Assembly (NCBI GenBank): GCA_002633005.1
Contig: NMRA01000416.1
Location: 272,018 to 336,017 of the forward strand
Length of the DNA stretch: 64,000 nt
Reading direction: 5' to 3'
Origin: Phoronis australis
Lineage: Eukaryota > Animalia > Phoronida
Shown: positions 51,057-62,634 of the stretch, piece after piece
Layout of the letters: the number at the start of each line of letters is the position of its first letter
Numbering within the stretch: the stretch's first letter is position 1
Program-made: the position numbers and the translations under genes
The notes under the pieces: generated by a model
Database searches by the model: none
What the model saw: only the letters and a program-made list of their open reading frames with translations
Told to the model about the DNA's origin: nothing

Positions 51057-53307
51057 GGGTATCTCCAACCTTATTCATAAAAATGACCAATTTTACAATA
51101 TTTCACAAGTGTCTAGACAAATACCTTATCTTCATTCTCGGGGAACTTCAAATACAAAGTACAGCGAGAAAAAAAAAGATTTAACAGAACCACCTTGGAA
51201 CTGCACAACCGTGTGCATATTTGTTTTCTACTTATCCGAGGTCAAAGGTTAAAGGGCCTTCAATAAAATCGAATCTCCCGCCAGGTACAGAACAGCTTCG
51301 TAAACCCTTTCATTCAAAAAATCGCCATAACATTGAGTCAACGAGGTGTACTTATGGTAGAACGATGCCGGGGAAAACAAAGACAAAACTTAGTTTTGAT
51401 CCTAAGGGAGTTGTGCGTCTACATGCATACAACCGTTGGCGTTGAGAACGAAGGCTACGGTCGCCCCAGGCCTCTGTGGGCAAAACAGCAAGTTGTGAAA
51501 AGAGATAAATCCTCACCCTAATTCCTTAATTCAATAAATAAATTGGCACTTCAATGTTTCGATCTCATGCTAACGACATGCTTTAACCCCCGATTCTATT
51601 TTTGTTTTCTATTTCTTTCTTGGTTTCGTATCAGTCTCCCAACACGTGACGTGTACAGGCTATGTGTGCAACAATGAACTGTGACCTATTTATATAAAAG
51701 TAGGCCAAAAGGTTGCAAAGAATGGCAAGAGTTAGGTGGCACTGAACAGTTAGACTGCGGCCGCGGCCAATTTGCAGTGCCAAAATATTAAAATCTAGGG
51801 GTAGGCCAGGCTTGGGGGATTTTTTTAGTTAAGTATTGTATGTAGACCAAGTGAATTTGGTTTGTTTGTATTTGTGAACATGCTGAGAATTAAAAAGGCC
51901 ACTTTCTTGGCTGTAGTTGCAACCTTCTTCAAGATGGTGGCTCCCTGTTGCAGTTGTGCATTGCTGTGTAGCAACTGAGAAATTGGCCGCGATTTCAGGT
52001 AACCCTCAAACAAGCCAGATTTGCATAAAAACTAGTTGGTTGACAGTACTAATTTGGACCTCATTTTTGGAATCGGTAGGAAATTTGCTTTCGGAATCTA
52101 ATGTTGGCTTTAGTCGAGCATCGGCAGGGAAGTCGTGGTTTTGGGGTGAAAAGTGCAGATTTTGCATTTTTTGTCCTTATTTTTCTTAGTCTAGCTTGGT
52201 TTCCACTGGGAGCGAAAGGGTCAAAAATACAAGAGAGAACAAAGTTTCTGTGATCATCTGTAGGGCTTGTGATGTGAAATGACTCAAAACTTTTCTTTAT
52301 TTGCGTGCAGTTTTTGACAGAGTGAAGAAAGGGTGAAGAGTCAATTGACGTGTGTTCTGATAGGCAAATCCCTGTGAGAACTGTTCAGTGCCTCCTTAGC
52401 TGTGCGGAAACGGTACGTTTTATTGATATTTAAATTAATTACACACCAGTGCTGTAGTGGGGTGTAGGCGCACGTAGACGCATCAGCCAACCATCTTTTA
52501 GCATTTGAACGTAGCGCCTACGCACCGTAAGTTACGTTCAGTGCTCAAGGTGATAGGGTGGGCTTTGTGCGCCTACATGTACTTACCTCTAGTTTTACCA
52601 CTGCAGCACTGTTACGCACTGCAAAATCAGTTGACATTGCGAGTGAATGTTGAAATAGCGAATATATTTAAGGCTTGTGTAGGTTATGTGTACCGAAAAC
52701 AAGTTTGCACCGAATAGTTAACCGAAGACTTAGAGATTTTCACTTGTCCCAGTTTAATCGACTTTTTCTCGGCTTCGGCAAATCGACTTTATTTGTCCTA
52801 AGGAACACGAGTTCTCGAAAACGGCTCGGTGGATTTCGCTGAAACTTTCCAAATTTAATATTTAGTCATCAGTCTCAAAGACGCTATTAGAATTTTCGAT
52901 ATAAAGGTCTATCTTTTGCGTAATGTAACAAAGACGAATACGACTTTCATTTTTTACAAAGGTACCTTACGTTTCGCGAGTTGATTTGTCATAGAAACCA
53001 AACGAAAAAACTAATCGAAAATTCCTAACAGCGTTTTTGAGGTAACTGGTGAAGTTTTCATTTAAAAGAAGTTTCATTAAAATCGACCGAGGGGTTATTT
53101 TGCTATGAATGTACCTTTCTTAAAAATAAAATTTTGATTTAAAAAAGGTTTTTACGTAAAAATAATAATGGTACATTAATACAAAAAGTATTTTCATATT
53201 CCGTAATCGTTTTTCTTTCAGAAAATATATACATTTACATGTCGACAAAGCTTAGTTTTTTGATATACGAGTTGAATAGAGGCCACTAAATAAGGTTGGA
53301 GATAACC
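51057..53307. mobile_element. TTAA-type (Kolobok-like) non-autonomous DNA transposon, copy 2
   Basis: TTAA-GGGTATCTCCAACCTTATT...AATAAGGTTGGAGATAACC-TTAA; colinear with 12823-16441; hosts the Harbinger-like MITE. Confidence 0.85.
51735..52395 (-). mobile_element. PIF/Harbinger-like MITE (copy 2, inverted relative to copy 1)
   Basis: TTA-GGTGGCACTGAACAGTT...AACTGTTCAGTGCCTCC-TTA; 3-bp TTA TSD. Confidence 0.85.
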
Positions 53308-53589
53308 TTAATGTAGTTGAGCCAATGGTGAGCTTGCAATGGCCTTACGACAAGTTACGTAATTGGAATGATAGCCTTCACAAGTACAGTAAGAAACATG
53401 ATCTGTCGTGTGATTTTGGGGAGTGTGATAAGAAGGCAGATCAGGCATTTGACTAGCGTTCACATGTTGAATTTTCAGACTGCTGATCGAACGTCTATTT
53501 GCCTTGGTCATCGCCTTTCTTTCAGGTGAACGCTGTATTAGGGAAGGTGACCCCTGACCTTTCCCTTAGATTCAATTGTGAAACCCTAA

Positions 53590-56442
53590 CAGCGGATTTC
53601 ATAAAGGTGGTTTAACAAAACCAGGTTTAAGACTTAAACCTGATCTTCCTACACCCGGTCTAATTTTAGACCCAATTTGCATTTCACCAACGTGGTTTAA
53701 AAGTCTGAAAGCCTGGTTTTGTTAGACCAGGGAGCCGGTTTAGTAAAACCAGGTTTGAAGTAGGCCTATCTAAGCCACCCTGACAAAGAAACTATTGAAG
53801 TGCTTCAATGGCACCTTGATCACGTGGGTATACAATGGCACACACTAGTAGAATCAGTGCAGACATTTGCGAAAAAGGTGCAAAAGCTTTTCTCATGAGG
53901 AAAAATGTAATGTGTGTGACCAACACACGTATACACACATTAAAGTACATGCTCACGATTAGCCGTAATATCATAAATGTCCAAAATTATTTCCGTGCCA
54001 TTTTAGTGTATATTTTTTACGGCCAAAGGGGGGGGGCAAGACCCCTTCCCGACAACATTAAATCGGAGACCAATGGAGGTGGAACTCAGAAGAATCAGAA
54101 AATGCTGTCTTCAGTCAAACCCGTAGCGCTTATGACGATGACGCCTTGCTCGACCAGTCGTAATCTGAAGAATCCGCAGGATACTATCCAGCACGAACTG
54201 GTCTACACATAGGCGGATCCAATGAGGTCAAGGGGTCCGGACTCCCTTTTTGCTTGATTTTAGTGAGATCAAATCTATAATTTTCAAATTGTTGACTTGG
54301 TACCCCCTTTTAAAAAGTCCTTGACCGACCCCCTCCCCTTAAAAGTCGTAGATCCGCCCCTGCTACGTTTGATCTTGTGTCGTCGTAAAACTGAATATTG
54401 AAAATAGTCCATTTTCGCTCTAAAACTGCGTCGTAAATGCACACCGCGACCTCATTCAGTTGCACCTATATCTTGCAAGTCTGTCATATTTAAAGGAAAA
54501 TGCCACCCGATTTAATTAGTCTTTTTTGCCGTCTTAATCGGTTTATATCCACATCGCCTCGCATACGGTCGACCTTACCTTGCCAAGAGGTGTCGCGTTA
54601 ACCTGAGAGGAAGATGAGAAACGACGCTAGCAACGTCAGTGGTTCATATGCAGAGTGAATGCCGCTACGTTGCGGTCATCCTTCCCGCTTGTCCGAACTA
54701 GGCAGCTGCGAGGAAAACGGGTATATCGTTTTTTTACTTCCTCGAAAGTCCGAAATGCATAGGAAGTGGCTCATGGCAGTGAAGAATGAAATGTACGCTG
54801 TAAATAGCAAGTATGAGGCCGTGAAACATCTCCGTGTCTGTGGCCTGCAGACGTCGACAGTGCCTGACGAATGCCGGCTTATAGAATAACTCCATACGTT
54901 CCGTTGTCTGAGCTTGTTCACGGCGCCTCTCTAGTATTTCTTCATCACTGTATTCCTGTTCGAATTGATAGCCTGTAAAACTTAATGATCCACCTGCGAA
55001 GTCGGGACTGATGAGCTCTAGCTCGTCCTAAGTCGGGATTGCGAGTTGCCATGTTGACGTTTATTACTGAGCGTTCTGTTTCAAAATGAATTATTCTCAC
55101 CCTAACCAATACTTATATAAAACTGAAACAAAGTCTGTCTCATTAGATGCAGTTTGTAATGTCTTTGGAGTGTTCGTGAGTATAAATGATTTGAGAAACC
55201 AACAATGAATAAATCACTGCGTTACCGGCTTTAGCCGGCGGGTGCAATAAAACTAATTGACGGGACACCGAGGCCGTGTGAGCTCATGCTAATTTAGTGT
55301 TTGCTGGCAGAAACTGTTGTGAAACAACTCAATTTCAATCCCACTGCCAGGTGTTAGGGGAATCTTTATTTCCTTGTACATTACTCAAATAATGATTGTC
55401 AATGTACAACTTCTGCCCTGACAATGCTGTGGCCAAAGCGGAACCTGAATTCGCGGCCCCCGACGAGTAAGTAGATTTGCAGTTTTGTGACTAATTCGCC
55501 AACATACATGTAATCAGGTGCACATTACTTTGGCTCACTAGTATAGTATTTTTTTCTTGACTTGAATTTTAGTTTCCACTGAACTTTGGCTGGTTTATGT
55601 TTGTGATGTCTGATCAGTTTCCGAGCCACTGGCCGGGATAACGAGTCAATCCGGCCGGCCGCGAGGGGCCTGATCGGGCTCCGGACCACTGGCCAGGATA
55701 ACAAGCGTTTTGTGTTTAGAAATAAAAAAATCACAAGTCTAAACAACACATGTCTAGGTTCTCCTGTCTGTAACTCACGGAAAATACTTCGAAATTATCT
55801 CCGAACAGACTCCAAACTCCTGCTATGGACCTTATTGGTCTGCTGAACTTTGTAGGCTACGGTGTGTCCAAATACCAATAAATCCGTAAGAGCGAAATAA
55901 AACACGTTTTTATAAGAACTCGGTTTATTTTTAAGGGTTTTACATCGAAGTTTGATGATTTATTGGTGTTAAACGATGACTTCAAGCGTTAAGCTGATAC
56001 CAGTGACTCGTGTTGTGAACTGCTGAACTAACTGCGTGTGAAACCGATGACGTCATTGGATAATTTCAACACCTCCGTCTGCCGTCAGGTGTCCGGTAAC
56101 GCAACCGTACGTGTCGTTATAGAGTAGAACTACTGAATCTAAATTGATACAAATTAGGTTGTTTTTTTGGGTGGCATGCTCCTTTAACAGTTAAACCTAG
56201 GTTTGACCAACACTAAAGTTAAACTTGGTTTAAGATCTTAATACAGATCTAAAGAATATAGACTTCGTTGGTGAAATGAAAACTGACTTAGACCAGGTCT
56301 AAATTGGAGTTAAACCAGGTTTTACTAGACCACTGGTCTAAAAGTTAAGCCACCTTTATGAAATGCAGATTAAAAGTTTAAGCCTGGTCCAAGTCTAGTT
56401 TAAACCAGGTTTAACTTTAAACCACCTTTGTGAAATCGGCTG
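53590..56442. mobile_element. MITE with aaaccaggttt-rich palindromic arms, split by inserted DNA
   Basis: TIR CAGCGGATTTCATAAAGGTGGTTTAA / TTAAACCACCTTTGTGAAATCGGCTG; arms at ~53590-53780 and ~56188-56442. Confidence 0.65.
54494..56183 (+). mobile_element. Second Kolobok-type element with a THAP remnant
   Basis: TTAA-AGGAAAATGCCACCC...GGGTGGCATGCTCCT-TTAA; ORF 54659-54889 MPLRC...FLLPRKSEMHRKWLMAVKN...HLRVCGL is THAP-like and truncated. Confidence 0.7.
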
Positions 56443-56449
56443 TATAAGT

Positions 56450-57078
56450 CTAAGTGATGTGGCTCAGTTTCGGGAGTGCCGACCATTGTGGTCAAAGTCA
56501 TGCGAGGAGGCATTTTGAGAAGTTTGAACCAATACGTGATCACGGCAACATAGTGATTAGAAATACGGCAACCGCCGACATGAGCTCAGTGCAGCATTGT
56601 TTCAGCATGAATTAGCTACACCCAATACACGCCTGCAAAATTTAATTTGCACTTGTTCTAACCAGTTGTATTCTTGTAAGTCCCATATTTCGGCTCCATA
56701 GCATGAGCTGGGGTAAATTATTTTATCAAATGTCTCAAAAGCCACACGTGGTTGAAATATGGTCCAGCTTCTTTGTAGCTTGTCGACTGTAATGGCTACC
56801 TCCATGGCTTGGGCTGACAGGGTCTGAGCAGCCGTAGTCCACAATAACTTTGGCGTGAACACAACACCAAGATACTTGTAGCTGGCATGGAAATCGCTTA
56901 GAGTTTTTCACCTCCAAAATACCACATCTCGCAATTTCTCAAAGGACCTCCGTTTTCTAAACACCATAACTGTGGTCTTCACTAAATTTACAGACACGCT
57001 CCATTCCTGGCAGAACTTACTTAAAGCACACAGTAGTTTTTGCAGTTTAACTGGAGATTAAGTACACAAAGCCATATC
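56450..57078 (-). mobile_element. Non-LTR retrotransposon fragment (same RTE-X/L2-like group), disrupted
   Basis: LQKLLCALSKFCQEWSVSVNLVKTTVMVF, YKYLG region, FDKIIYPSSCYGAEIWD...EQVQIKFCRRVLGV. Confidence 0.85.
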
Positions 57079-57115
57079 AAGCTGCCGGAGGCAGCGCAGG
57101 CAGGCTCCGACGTAG

Positions 57116-57831
57116 TTGGCTGGGGCCCCCTTACGTGCTACGTCGGAGCCTGCCTGCGCTGCCTCCGAAAGCTTGACTGGCGCCCGCCTAAGTGCTACGT
57201 CGGAGCCTGCGTGCGCTGCCTCCGGCAGCTTGGCTGGGGCCCGCGTAAGTGCTACGTCGGAGCCTGCCTGCGCTGCCACCGGCAGCTTGGCTGGGGCCCG
57301 CCTAAGTGCTACGTCGGAGCCTGCCTGCGCTGCCTCCTGCAGCTTGGCTGGGGCCCGCCTAAATGCTACGTCGGAGCCTGCCTCCGCTGCCTACGGCAAC
57401 TTGGCTGGGGCCCGCGTAAGTGCTACGTCGGAGCCTGCCTGCGCTGCCTCCGAAAGCTTGGCTGGCGCGTCCCGCCTAAGTGCTACGTCGGAGCCTGCGT
57501 GCGCTGCCTCCGGCAACTTTGCTGGGGCCTGCCTAAGTGCTACGTCGGAGCCTGCCTGCGCTGCCTCCAGCAGCTTGGCTGGGGCCCGTCTAAGTGCTAT
57601 GTCGGATCCTGCCTGCGCTGCCTCCGGCAGCTTGGCTTGGGCCCGCCTAAGTGCTACGTCGGAGCCTGCCTGCGCTGCCTCCGGCAGCTTGGCTGGGGCC
57701 CGCCTAAGTGCTACGTCGGAGCCTGCCTGCGCTGCCTCCGACAGCTTGGCTGGGGCTCACCTAAGTGCTACGTCGGAGCCTGCCTGCGCTGCCTCCGGCA
57801 GCTTGGCTGGGGCCCGCCTAAGTGCTACGTC
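57116..57831. repeat. 57-bp GC-rich minisatellite, about 13 units
   Basis: Unit aagtgctacgtcggagcctgcctgcgctgcctccggcagcttggctggggcccgcct; one unit is 60 bp; a 37-bp inverted copy lies at 57079-57115. Confidence 0.95.
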
Positions 57832-59156
57832 TCGTTGCGTGGATTGCCTTCTAACAGGTTTTAGCGTAGTTCTTGTCTTTCCCGAATCCTAAAAACACAA
57901 AAACCTAGACTCGCAAAAACCTACAAATTCACAAAAGTTTGATGGTTTTCTTTCTTTTAGTGACACACGATCAGAACGATATGGACGACAACAAGCTCTC
58001 GAGGTAATTTGCCCGTAATTGCGATTTCGATGCAACGTATTCGTAAAAGTTCCTTGCACTTCTACAAGGTTATGACAAGTAAATCTGTACATGTATGTAT
58101 CGAATTCAACCTTATGTTGCCTTCGCAAAAACACGTTTTGGGTAAATGTGAGCAGGTTACGTATTTCAGTCAAGTTTTCAAATGATCCTTCACTGGTGTC
58201 CCAAATGTCAATCGCCATCATCACGGAAAGTAACGAACAACGATTGCAACAAATGTTTTCTTTAACTATCTGTACACTGATGCGAATAACGATTACTTGG
58301 TGCCATTCTGGAAAACCGTGATATTGACACACACCAATGCCGGATATTCCTAACAGACGTCATGTCTATTTTAGACTGTTAATTTTGTGGAAATTTCTGG
58401 AAAAAACAACCGTTTTCCGAAATAGTTATATAGGTCTATTGATTTAAAGCCATAAGCTTTTAAATAACAAATCCATTTGAATTCAAAAATACAAAAGCTA
58501 GTTATTTGTAGCCCGGGAGGACTCGCATCTGTGCGTCTTTCAGTTGCACTCTGCAAACACGAAATATCTCAATACAGTTAGAAGACTTCGAAAATTGCAA
58601 ACCTGCATGCATTTACCTTTTCTGTAAACACTATTTTTAGATTCTTAAAAATGAGATTTATTGTAATTCATCTTTGGTGTACCTTTGGATGCTTTTTTAT
58701 TTTGTTCATCTAAAAAATTGCATGTTGAAAGACCACTATTTGGGAACATTTTCACTAAATTGATTAACGCTAGGACCCAGTACACTTTCTCACAGGGTTA
58801 AGGGTTTAGACTATTCGTTACACGAATATTTTTACAAAAACGAAGACGAAACATTTTCTTTGACTTAACATGCTTTACTTATCATGTCTGGGGAATCAAA
58901 ATATGGTGAAGCCTAAATTGTTTTGATTTTTCTTCAGGGCGAGGCGACGATGTTCGCCATACGGCGGGTAGTGCAGCTACATGTATGATTTGGACTGTTG
59001 TTACAGTTATCTTAGATGTAGATACGGACGATGCAGATCTAGATTAATGCCGGACTGAGTTCTGTAGACGCAAGAATCTCGCAAATGTAGCTATTAGGAT
59101 CACATGCTTTGCTTGAAATGCTTTGTAATAGCTCGCGAAGTCTTGCGTGATCTTGC

Positions 59157-59496
59157 GGCCAAAGGGGGGGGGGGCAAGACCCCTTCCCGGCAACATTAAA
59201 TCGGAGACCAATGGAGGTGGAACTCAGAAGAATCAGAAAATGCTGTCTTCAGTCAAACCCGTAGCGCTTATGACGATGACGCCCTGCTCGACCAGTCGTA
59301 TTTAACAGTTAAACCTAGGTCTGACCAAGTCTAATATAAAGTTAAACCTGGTTTAAGATCTTAATACAGATCTAAAGAATATAGACTTCGTTGGTGAAAT
59401 GAAAACTGACTTAGACCAGGTCTAAATTGGAGTTAAACCAGGTTTTACTAGATCACTGGTCTAAAAGTTAAGCCACCTTTATGAAATCGGCTGTAT
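59157..59496 (+). repeat. Local composite duplication of 54021-54162 joined to 56183-56363 and the TIR tip
   Basis: Near-identical text ggccaaagggggg...accagtcgta fused directly to tttaacagttaaacctagg...atgaaat-cggctgtat. Confidence 0.9.
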
Positions 59497-59583
59497 GAGT
59501 TCCATGCCGGGAATAAAATGGTGATTACATGTATATAAGAATGACAAGATGAAGAGTGGTGTGCTATTGGTTATATTTGCGAA

Positions 59584-59935
59584 TCAGTATTTCGTGCATT
59601 TCTTGGGGTGCATGGATTTCTTTCGGCGCATAAGCTTCTTTAGGTAGACAGTCTTCGCGTACTTGTTCTTGTAGGGTGACGGTTTGAAGCAATTCTCCTG
59701 CTTTCCATAACTTGGATAGCAAAAAATATGCTGCCCGCTTGTAGGATCTGTGATTTGATCAAAATGCACTTTTCTCATATCTCGAAATTTTAATTTGGCG
59801 TAGCTCAAAGACGTTGGAGTATAGGTGATATAATACCCAACATAGAAATCAATAAGCGGATGAGCTTCAGCGAAAGCTTTGATTAGGTCGGTGCACCCCT
59901 CACACGGGGATAGCTTTGTGAATAAATGAACCTCT
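59584..59935 (-). CDS. Terminal coding exon of a putative zinc-dependent deaminase (AID/APOBEC-like or toxin-deaminase fold)
   Basis: Polypyrimidine tract ttttttgtattttcag|, then EVHLFTKLSPCEGCTDLIKAFAEAHPLIDFYVGYYITY (strand, SPCxxC, helix, strand), a basic tail and TGA; the first catalytic motif is not in this exon. Confidence 0.6.
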
Positions 59936-61424
59936 CTGAAAATACAAAAAAGGCAGTCACAATACACAAAGTTAAGATAAGCTGTTCTCGTCATTCACCA
60001 ATTTAAAACACAGAATGAGTTTCTTCTGTCGAAAGATATCACTAAACATGGCCGTAAGAAGCGGTGGGTACGCGCTCCCCAAAATTTTGAAGGCACCCTG
60101 GTTAAACCGTGGCAACCTACATACATGTAGGTGTGGGACCGGGAACAGTCGAGAAAAGAACGACTACGAATACGGATAAGAGAGGAAATTCAAGAGAACT
60201 TGACAACTCAGTATCAATGCATGGTTTACCCCTTGAGGTCCCTGGCCAGGATTTTGTTGTTAGGCCAGGTCTCCGTTTCTGCAGCATAAGTCGTCTAAAC
60301 GCGCTTGGAAACATTTACTTAATAATCCATACATACATTTCGGAAAATCGAGAAAATTGTAAATTCAATAAGACTATTTTGAGAAGGCAAAACTATATTT
60401 TTCCAGAAGCCCCTCTCTGGCAAAGGATAATGGAGACAGCTGTCGATCTATTTTTTCTTTATTTTTCTCGAAATTGTTTTAAAATATCTCTTGAGATAAA
60501 TTGATTACATGACTGATAATATCAATTACTGCGTATTTCCTGCAGATCTTTGCAAATATAGCTTTTTTATATTTAGGGGCCTAGCCCTCGAAGGGGGCTA
60601 TTGACAACATTCAAGTGGCCACCCTTTTCGTGTTTTATTGACAAATTCTTAAGGGGCCGCTCACGAAGAGAGGGCCCAATGATTTCCTCTATTGTACTGT
60701 TTTTTTGTGAAATCGTACAACCGGCTTTCATGTTGAGGAAGGTAACTTCTTGCAGGTTTACACGACGATGGAATGAACTGTCACTCTTTTCCAAGCTTAT
60801 TGATGTTTAGCCATTTCAGACGGAACCCTCTCTCGGTGGGGCGGTTCGGAGGGAATTGTTCCTTTGTCCCTCTATACATGCAAATCCGACACTGTCAAGT
60901 ATTTATGTGGGGAAGTTGAGATTCCAAATTCATAAAAACACAAAACATTCGTACACAGCACAGCATTCCACTCTAGCAACTAAAATGTGAAAAATACAAT
61001 GGGGTTGACCGCCATCGAAAAGGTAGAATTTTGAAGAACGTGAAGACCACTATTTGTGAATTACACAAAAGGATTATTTCCGACGGTTATTATCACAAGA
61101 ATAGTATTTCTTTTGAAGATCATTACTAGGAGTTGTTTGTATGGAATTCGCATATGTCGAAAAGTCTGTTGGGGCTACGATATGTGATGACCATGTACAT
61201 GTCGAATGGGGGTACTCAAAGTGCTTCCAATCATAAACAAAGATTCCATCGTTTTGCGGGGTTCATTTAACCCATGAACTGTTATAGGTAGGCCTACCTC
61301 ATAAATGAGCAACAGTACACCTAAATACGAATGACCCGTCTCTCATATTCCCCTGGTTACCCGTCAAAAATCTGCGAGCATGCCTGTGGAAATTGCTTAT
61401 AACTTTCTATTTTCATAAACAAAT

Positions 61425-62300
61425 TTGTTGGTTTCTGATTTAGATGTTTATGTATCTACGAAAATCGACAGATTCAGAGATTACTTTTGGCAATTTTTTT
61501 AATTTTTTAATGTTTATTACGAAATCTTCAGAATACAATGAATATACATAACCCAGAAAGCGCTAAGAGGCATTAGATCTGGGTAAAAAAATACAATTAA
61601 AGAAGTCTATATACAATGATTATATGCGAATACATAAATAATTAGAAGCTAATATTGTAAGAATTGATGATGTTTCACTGGACTAATATTTAAAGCTTGA
61701 AGTTAAAAAAACTCTATAGTCCGATCCCCAAATAGTAAAGTACACTTAGACGATTTTTGCCTTTATAAAACAACTCTCAAAGACATTGATGAAATTCGGA
61801 GAGATCCCAACAATATACTCACAATTCAAATGACATTAAAAGCTTTGATTTTTTACTTTGGTACAAGAATTGTTGTTTAAACTCACAAACAGGAGATCAA
61901 AGAGGAATTTAGTCATTAAACCAAGGTAAAGGTAATGGTCAGGTCATGGAATCGATTGTTGGTTTCTGATTTACATGTTCATGTATCTACGAAAATCGAA
62001 TTGATAGGTGATTTTTGACAATTAGAAGCTAATCTTTTAAGAAATTGCGATGCTTTACTGAACTTAGTTGCAGGGTGACATTGAGAAAATTCGACCTATC
62101 ATCAGATCCGAAAATAGCAAAGTAATATACTAAACGATTTTTTGTCTTTCTGAAATAAGTCTCAAGGATATTGATGAATGACGGATAGCCCTACAAAGTG
62201 TCCCAACATGTTCTCACAATTCAAATGACAATAAATTGTTTATTGACCTTGGAACTATATTCATAGTGGTCTAAATTCACACATCGTAGATCGAAAAAGA
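61425..62300. repeat. Old direct tandem duplication (~400-530-bp offset)
   Basis: ttgttggtttctgattta.atgtt.atgtatctacgaaaatcga at 61425 and 61957; attagaagctaat at 61641 and 62021; ctcacaattcaaatgaca at ~61817 and ~62213. Confidence 0.8.
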
Positions 62301-62472
62301 AGTCCTTAATTCAATAAAATTGAAATCATTGCTCATTAACTTCACACTTCCTTTATGCTTTTAGCTTCCTGTAGTATTGCGCAATGAATTTTTGTTGTTC
62401 AAAACCGAATCGTTTGTTTGCATTTCCCGTGCATACTACGCAGACGGAGCACGTCATGACTGACGCACTCAC

Positions 62473-62634
62473 GTTGAAAATAAGTTGGAACCATGAGTAG
62501 GCCTGAGCAGAATCATTGTGACCTCGGCAACTAACTTTGAACTCCATTTTTGGGACACACTCTGTATCATTTTGCTCAGCCACCAGAAATTGGATTACCC
62601 GCCGTGTTTCAACTAGCAATTTTGAAACAGCCAC
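62473..62634 (-). CDS. Candidate coding exon (54 codons), possibly an upstream exon of the deaminase gene
   Basis: aaag| ... |gtgagt; only one open frame (VAVSKLLVETRRVIQFLVAEQNDTECVPKMEF...WFQLIFN); phase 0-0; no recognisable motif. Confidence 0.3.

Noticed and set aside
57116-57831. CRISPR-like array
   Set aside because: Units are head-to-tail with no unique spacers, the context is eukaryotic, and there are no cas genes
57040-57892. 274-aa Cys-rich and 258-aa Ala/Ser-rich ORFs as real genes
   Set aside because: Both are by-products of a 57-bp (19-codon) stop-free repeat, start at non-ATG codons, and the longer one begins inside an antisense LINE fragment; kept only as a repeat and a finding
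61298-61383. 86-nt AG/GT-bounded segment as the missing HxE exon of the deaminase (the phases 0 and 2 would fit)
   Set aside because: The required frame has two stops (TAA, TAG) and no HxE motif
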